Below, piece after piece: positions 58,445 to 64,000 of a DNA stretch of 64,000 nucleotides. The notes under the pieces were generated by a model. The model did not search any database, had not been told where the DNA came from, and worked only from the letters and a program-made list of their open reading frames with translations. This stretch comes from Candidatus Latescibacterota bacterium (GTDB taxonomy: Bacteria; Latescibacterota; UBA2968; UBA8231): positions 544,001 through 608,000 of the forward strand of contig CBDCXV010000002.1 in the NCBI GenBank assembly GCA_965223905.1, given 5' to 3'. The position numbers were made by a program, and so were the translations under genes. The first letter of the stretch is position 1; the number at the start of each line of letters is the position of its first letter.

Positions 58445-61400
58445 ATGATCCGGCTGTTGCCCGTGTTGCTTGCCCTGATGCCTGTATCCGCTCTGGCATT
58501 CGTGTGCGGATTCGCACTCGACGAAACCGATGAGCAGGCGGCTGCCGCAAAGGCGGCTGCCGGGTCGATTGATTTCACCCAGGACGACATAAGCCTGTTG
58601 CTTCTGTTTGGAACGTACCAGGGTGATACGACCGGGCCAATTTCTCTGTCCGGAAGCAACATCTCTGGCTCGGCAGGCGATTCTGATGATGTCCCGATGT
58701 ATTCGCCGTCTGATTTTTTCGACATCGGCATGCCGGGCAGCCTTTCCCACTACATGCGGGAAATGTCCGGAAACGATCTCACGATCACGGGCACCCCCGA
58801 TGACCTCATGACAACGTGGCATCAGTCAACGACGGGAACGGAATTTGCCGCTTACAACAACGGACCAGACGATTGCCCTGGTGGCGTAGGTCCTATGAAA
58901 ACTTTTGCACGTGAAGTCCTTGCCGCAGCCTATAATGAACACGGCGGAGATGACAGGATTCCCTTTGAGGACTACGATGCGCTTGGCGTGGTGATTCCGA
59001 AGGATTTTAAGAAATGCGCCAATGGAACCGTCATCTTGAGCTACCCTTTCGATGTTCCCGGGCAGTCGGCGGAATACCGGAAGGTGCTGATCATTACGCT
59101 GGAAAAGTTCGACCGCATGGTGGGGTTCATGGCTCATGAGTACGGTCATTTCATGGGCCTGCCGGAATTGTTCGATCGCAGCCACCGTCAACCCCGACTC
59201 CGGGAGCGTGCCGACCTGAGAGCCGATCGGCTGAAAGAGGACGACATAGACGACCTGTCAGAGGCTCGGCTCCACGCCCAGGAAGAACACGACCTGTATC
59301 TTCACAGCGCCGGTCTGGGGTTCTGGGGCCTGATGGCCGGCGGTGCCCGCGGGTGGCAGGTGGTAGACCAGGAGGTGCAAAACGAGGACGAGTCGACCGA
59401 GACCACGTTCTTTCATTTTCCGGCCCCGCATCCCATGACCGCATGGTCTCGACTGGAGGTCGGCTGGCTGGACGAGAATGTCATCCAGGGGAACTCCACG
59501 GTCACCGTCAAGGACATATCCGAAGAAAGCGAGGCGTACAAGATCCCGATCTCCGGGACCGATCAGTATTTCCTGTTCGAAAACCGCCAGAACACCTACG
59601 ACGCAGATGACGACAACTCCGTGGGCAGTCCGTATGCCGAACACGATCCGAAAAGCGGACTGTTCATATGGCACGTGGACGAAAATACGGGCATCGGCAA
59701 CGATGCCAACGAATGGGAGGAGCGCAAGCGTGTCGACTTGGAATGCGCCGACGGGCTGAGCCTGGGCCATTCGACCACCGGTGCGGCGGACTCGGAAACC
59801 GGGCTGGATGGTATGGACAGACGGCACCACGTGCCGGACGAACGATTTGACCCCCAGGAGTTTGGAGGCGACAACGGCGACGCGGGCGACCTGTGGGACG
59901 GCACTGCGGGCAAAAGGAAGTTCACGCCGGATTCCAACCCGTCGAGCAACGGCTACGAGACGTGGACAAAACCCACGGAAAAGTTCCGGGAGATTTTTAG
60001 TGGCGAGGTCGGATTCGATCCGGAACTGGGTTCGGGCGATACCCTGCTTGCGGGGTACGGAAAGCCCCAAAACGTCTTTTCCGGCATCTATATCGAAAAC
60101 ATCCGAAGCAACGAATCTCCGGCCGGCTCCATGAGCTTCGACGTCCTTTTCGCTCCGATGGCCCCGCAAAACCTGGAAGCCCTGTCCGGCGGGCGGCTGG
60201 TGGAGCTCATGTGGGATCCCCCGGCGAACAGCGATTTTGCCGGTATTTCTTCCTGGACCGTCCGGTACCGCTTGAAGCCCCCGGGTTCCATCGTCGAACG
60301 GGGGCCCCGCAGACCCGAATGGACCGACATCGAGAATCTGGCTGCGGACACCGGGTTGTACGTGGTCAGAAACCTGGAAAACGAACGAACCTATGAGTTT
60401 GAAGTTTTCGCCACGGGCAGCGACTACGAGAATCCGGACGGCACCGAGTACAGCAAGAAAAGAGGCGAGCGGGCCCGGGTGGAAGGCACTCCTGACCGGG
60501 TCATGTTCGTGGGAAAAGAATCGATTGACACCAAGGAGGTGATCCTGCCGGACCCCGACTGGGACGTGTCTCTGGACCTGTACGAGCTGGCCGCGGGTAC
60601 GAACTGGATGCTGAAAAGCTCCGAGGAGAACGGCACGGACCACGAGCTGTTCCAGCTGAAGGGATCGGGCGGCTCCCGGGATCTTCACTTCAGGGATCCG
60701 CCCGACTTCGAGCACTCGCGGTATGCGAGCGCGGACCGGACGCACAACATCGTCATCCAGGCCACGGTCGGGGGGACCGATTACACGAAGAACGTCTCCG
60801 TAACGATCGAAAACCTGGAGGAGGAAGGTTCCGTTACGCTGTCGACCGAGGATGCTCGAGCGGGCCAGCCGATTACGGCGACCCTGACGGATCCGGACAT
60901 TGTCGATACCGAATCGGTCACGTGGCAGTGGAAAAGGGAAGTATGGAAGGAGGTGGAAGGAGGTGGCCACTCCCTCTCATACCCCGAGGACGAACTCATC
61001 GATGGGGCTACCTCCGCTGGAGCTACCTCCGCAACGTATGAGCCCACAGGCGAAGATGTCGGGTTCCGGCTCAAGGCGACCGCTTCCTACACGGACGGAG
61101 AAAGCGGCAGCACCCGTCGGGAGAAAAGCTCCGAAAAAACTCTCAAAACGAAGGGACCCTTGGTCTCGCCCATGGACGTCGAGTTTGCCGAAAAGGATAC
61201 CCAGCCCGTGGGGACGGCCGTCGTGAATGACGCAGATGGCAACGCGGTTACCGAAAACGTGACCTGGTCCCTGGACCTGGACCGGGGAACCGAACAGCAG
61301 GACGAGGCCGAGTTCACGATCTCGACGGGCGGCGTGCTGGAGTTCAAGGAGCCGCCCAATTACGAGAAGCCCACATCGGTCGTCGATCCGTTGTTGGATT

Positions 61401-63217
61401 TGGCGGCCCGAAACGTCTACTCCGTGAAGGTAATTGCCGAGGTCGATGGCATCTTCGTAAGCCGCATCTTTACGATAACGGTGACGGACGTGGACGAGGA
61501 CGGCACGGTGACCTTGTCCACGACTACGCCAGTGGTGGGTCATCCGTTGGGGAGCGCGCTCGATGAACCGGATGGGGGCGTGACCGATCTCCAGTGGCAG
61601 TGGCAGCGCCGGTTGAGCGGTACGAAGAGGTGGGAAAACATCTCTTCGAGCGGGGCCCGGTCCGAGGAATTCCATCAAGGGGAGGGGTATACGCCGAAAC
61701 CGGGGGATGTAGGGTATGAACTGCGGGCGACGGTCGGCTATACCGACGTGCATGACGAGGGCAAGAGCGCGGAGAGCGCGGAGAGCGCCCCGGTGGTGGA
61801 CGAGCCGGGCCCGGTTCGCATCCTGCGAGCGGCGGCGGGGAATGGTCAGGTGACGCTTTCCTGGGTGGCGCCGTTGTCGGATGGGGGCTCGGCGCTGACG
61901 GGGTATGAGTATCGGCAGAGCAGCGACGGGGGCGGCACGTGGTCTCCGGACTGGGGGCCGGTTCCGGGCAGCGATGGGTCGACGACGAGCCACACGCCGA
62001 TGGGCCTGACCAACGGCACGGAGTACAGCTTCGAGGTGCGCGCCGTCAACGGGGCGGGCGAGGGGGCCTCCGCGAGCGACACGGCGACGCCGGCGAGGCC
62101 GGACACGCGCGGCCGGGTGGAGTGGAGCACGACTCAGCCGCGGGTGGGTCAGGAGCTGACGCCGACGCTCATCGACCCGGACAACCCGGCGCTGGCAGAG
62201 GCGCGCTGGCGCTGGCGCCGGCAGAGGTGGCCTCGGTCCGATGACGGCGATTCGCTGGCGGCGCCGGTCCCCGGGTCGCGCTCCGGTGAATCGAAACTAG
62301 GAGTGATCGCCCGCACGCGTCAGTATAGGCCCCAGGTGAGCGATCTCCATCAGTGGTTGTGGGTTGAAGTCACTTATACCGACGACTATACCGACGATTC
62401 CGGCCGGCACCGAGTAAGCGCGACGACGTCGAGGGCGGTGGGACCGGGCCCCCCGTGCGCCCCCGCCAACCTGAAGGCTAAGCCCGGGGACGGGCAGGTG
62501 ACGTTGACCTGGGAGGCGGGCTGCAACAACGGGGGGACCATCGACAGGTATCAATACCGGCGTCCGGAGGCGGTGAAATGGGTGCGGGTGCCCGGGGACG
62601 GCTCGGCCCGTCGTCAGCAGGTGGAGGGCCTGACCAACGGGGAGGCGCACACGTTCGAGGTGCGGGCGAGGAACGGTCAAGGGTGGGGTCCTGCCGCCCA
62701 GGCCACGGCCACGCCCGCGGCGGCGGAGCGCACGGTGTCTTTCGCGGCGGCCGCGTATCAGGCGAGTGAAGGGGGGGAGGCGGCGACGGTGACGGTGCGG
62801 CTGTCGCCGTCGGCGTCGGAAGCGCTGAGCATCCCGATCACGGTCAATCCCCCGTCGGGCGACTTCACGGTGGCCGGGCTGACGGACGGAGCGCTGTCGT
62901 TTTCTTCGGGCGCGGAGCGGCAAACGTTTACGGTCACGGCGGATCAGGATGACGACTGGGACGACGAAGAGGTGACGCTGGGTTTCGGCACGCTGCCGGC
63001 GCAGGTGGGCGCCGGTGCGACCGCGCAGGCGGTGGTGACGCTGGAGGACGTACCGCAGCCCCTGACGGTGACGTACGGGGCCGAGTCGTACCGTGCGGGG
63101 GAAGGGGAGGATGCGGTATCGGTGACGGTATCGGTATCGCCGGAGACGGACCGGGCGCTGAAGATCCCGATTTCGGTGACCCCGGATTCGGAGACGAGGA
63201 AGGCGACTACGCGGTGA
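58445..63217 (+). CDS. M6 (immune inhibitor A-like) metalloprotease with FN3, cadherin-like and Calx-beta domains; 3' end appears truncated
   Basis: Signal peptide. HEYGHFMGLPELFD, WGLM..G, AWSR...GWL, YFLFENRQ, GL.IWHVDE. FN3 (GLTNGTEYSFEVRAVN). P.DFE/PNYE cadherin-like repeats. Confidence 0.88.
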   Translation: MIRLLPVLLALMPVSALAFVCGFALDETDEQAAAAKAAAGSIDFTQDDISLLLLFGTYQGDTTGPISLSGSNISGSAGDSDDVPMYSPSDFFDIGMPGSLSHYMREMSGNDLTITGTPDDLMTTWHQSTTGTEFAAYNNGPDDCPGGVGPMKTFAREVLAAAYNEHGGDDRIPFEDYDALGVVIPKDFKKCANGTVILSYPFDVPGQSAEYRKVLIITLEKFDRMVGFMAHEYGHFMGLPELFDRSHRQPRLRERADLRADRLKEDDIDDLSEARLHAQEEHDLYLHSAGLGFWGLMAGGARGWQVVDQEVQNEDESTETTFFHFPAPHPMTAWSRLEVGWLDENVIQGNSTVTVKDISEESEAYKIPISGTDQYFLFENRQNTYDADDDNSVGSPYAEHDPKSGLFIWHVDENTGIGNDANEWEERKRVDLECADGLSLGHSTTGAADSETGLDGMDRRHHVPDERFDPQEFGGDNGDAGDLWDGTAGKRKFTPDSNPSSNGYETWTKPTEKFREIFSGEVGFDPELGSGDTLLAGYGKPQNVFSGIYIENIRSNESPAGSMSFDVLFAPMAPQNLEALSGGRLVELMWDPPANSDFAGISSWTVRYRLKPPGSIVERGPRRPEWTDIENLAADTGLYVVRNLENERTYEFEVFATGSDYENPDGTEYSKKRGERARVEGTPDRVMFVGKESIDTKEVILPDPDWDVSLDLYELAAGTNWMLKSSEENGTDHELFQLKGSGGSRDLHFRDPPDFEHSRYASADRTHNIVIQATVGGTDYTKNVSVTIENLEEEGSVTLSTEDARAGQPITATLTDPDIVDTESVTWQWKREVWKEVEGGGHSLSYPEDELIDGATSAGATSATYEPTGEDVGFRLKATASYTDGESGSTRREKSSEKTLKTKGPLVSPMDVEFAEKDTQPVGTAVVNDADGNAVTENVTWSLDLDRGTEQQDEAEFTISTGGVLEFKEPPNYEKPTSVVDPLLDLAARNVYSVKVIAEVDGIFVSRIFTITVTDVDEDGTVTLSTTTPVVGHPLGSALDEPDGGVTDLQWQWQRRLSGTKRWENISSSGARSEEFHQGEGYTPKPGDVGYELRATVGYTDVHDEGKSAESAESAPVVDEPGPVRILRAAAGNGQVTLSWVAPLSDGGSALTGYEYRQSSDGGGTWSPDWGPVPGSDGSTTSHTPMGLTNGTEYSFEVRAVNGAGEGASASDTATPARPDTRGRVEWSTTQPRVGQELTPTLIDPDNPALAEARWRWRRQRWPRSDDGDSLAAPVPGSRSGESKLGVIARTRQYRPQVSDLHQWLWVEVTYTDDYTDDSGRHRVSATTSRAVGPGPPCAPANLKAKPGDGQVTLTWEAGCNNGGTIDRYQYRRPEAVKWVRVPGDGSARRQQVEGLTNGEAHTFEVRARNGQGWGPAAQATATPAAAERTVSFAAAAYQASEGGEAATVTVRLSPSASEALSIPITVNPPSGDFTVAGLTDGALSFSSGAERQTFTVTADQDDDWDDEEVTLGFGTLPAQVGAGATAQAVVTLEDVPQPLTVTYGAESYRAGEGEDAVSVTVSVSPETDRALKIPISVTPDSETRKATTR

Positions 63218-63313
63218 CGTGGCCGGGGTCGACGACACGCTGGCCCCGACCCGGACGGCGGCGTAAACGGAAGCAAGTGGCAGTGGTGGCTACCCTACCC
63301 GGAGCAAGGGAGA

Positions 63314-64000
63314 TGCAGATGAAAACAGCCTTTCGAATCCTTCTCACAGTTATTTCGCTTCTCGCAATGGTGAACTTTTCGTACGCGGATTCAGCCGAGA
63401 CTTCACAGGAAAGAGTGATCCTGGAAGCTGGGGAGATCGACAGCAACACGGTGGAGGTGGGTGCGTTTTCCGTGATTATCCATGAGCAGAGAAAAGGGCA
63501 TCCGGTCTCGGGAAAGTGGGATAACTTGGCGACGGTCGGAGCTACGTTCGAGTCGTTGATCCTGGCCTTGGGGAGAGATCGGCGAACGAAGCCGATTTCT
63601 GTAGATGGAATTCAAAGGTTGGTCATAGTAGGAGCGCCTTCCCGGAGGGTGGTGGAGCGAGCCAATATGCGTACGACCAAACAGTTGGCCGGTGAGGCCG
63701 AATCGTTTTCCCTGGAAATTACGGACAAAAATAGTATGCAGGCCCAAGTGATCGTCGATTCAGCGGCCGTTACACCACCAGCGCCGGGACCAGCGGACGA
63801 AGACAGTACTCAGGCAGAGCTCGGCCCCGCCGTTCGCAGGCTCATAGCGCCGCCGGATACGGTTCATCTGAGATTGGAACCGGAGAAATGGAAGCCGACG
63901 ACGGAGGACAGGCGGATAGCTGCCAAGTTGGGCCTCGGATTACTAGGTGGGGCCGCGGGGGGCGCCGGCGGGTTCGGCATAGGCCTTTTGCTTGGATTTG
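63314..64000 (+). CDS. 3'-partial secreted/membrane protein, paralog of 51678-52751
   Basis: MKTAFRILL... signal peptide, VILEAGEIDSNTVEVGAFSVIIH, HPVSGKW, RRIAAKLGLG.LGG..GG. Open to the window end. Confidence 0.75.

Noticed and set aside
973-62000. Many long antisense or alternate-frame ORFs (e.g. 973-2568, 12453-16175, 30588-32216, 48217-49917, 54897-56189)
   Set aside because: Shadow ORFs of GC-rich genes. They have no motifs and overlap well-supported CDSs.
1-64000. CRISPR array, tRNA, rRNA, prophage
   Set aside because: No regularly spaced repeat-spacer units, RNA gene signatures or phage structural genes recognised.

Overview
GC-rich bacterial genomic window with no rRNA, tRNA or CRISPR array that I can see. 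The gene content suggests a host-associated, probably sponge-type, FCB-superphylum bacterium such as Latescibacterota or Gemmatimonadota (inference from FlgD-Ig 'PNPFN' C-terminal domains, Calx-beta, WD40 and ankyrin proteins, and sulfatases). Main contents: (1) a tightly coupled operon of DUF4956 membrane protein, HlyD adaptor, TolC channel and VTC polyphosphate-polymerase domain, behind a lamin-tail secreted protein and with no ABC/RND pump. This is the best candidate for an undescribed system (polyP synthesis coupled to export). (2) Four sigma54 promoter cassettes with one shared architecture: tandem TGT-N11-ACA-like sites plus a third site exactly 96 bp before TGGCAC. All lie upstream of surface or secreted proteins, and a soluble PAS kinase with an NtrC-like activator sits next to the first. 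(3) Two paralogous modular Calx-beta/autotransporter-like adhesins. (4) Many secreted proteins carrying one of two C-terminal tags (FlgD-Ig, or a short WGSxK motif). (5) A TauD dioxygenase followed by a truncated-haemoglobin-ankyrin fusion. (6) An intact ISL3 with an 8-bp target duplication, decayed toxin-antitoxin genes and many short gene remnants. All family calls come from motif recognition by eye, not database searches.
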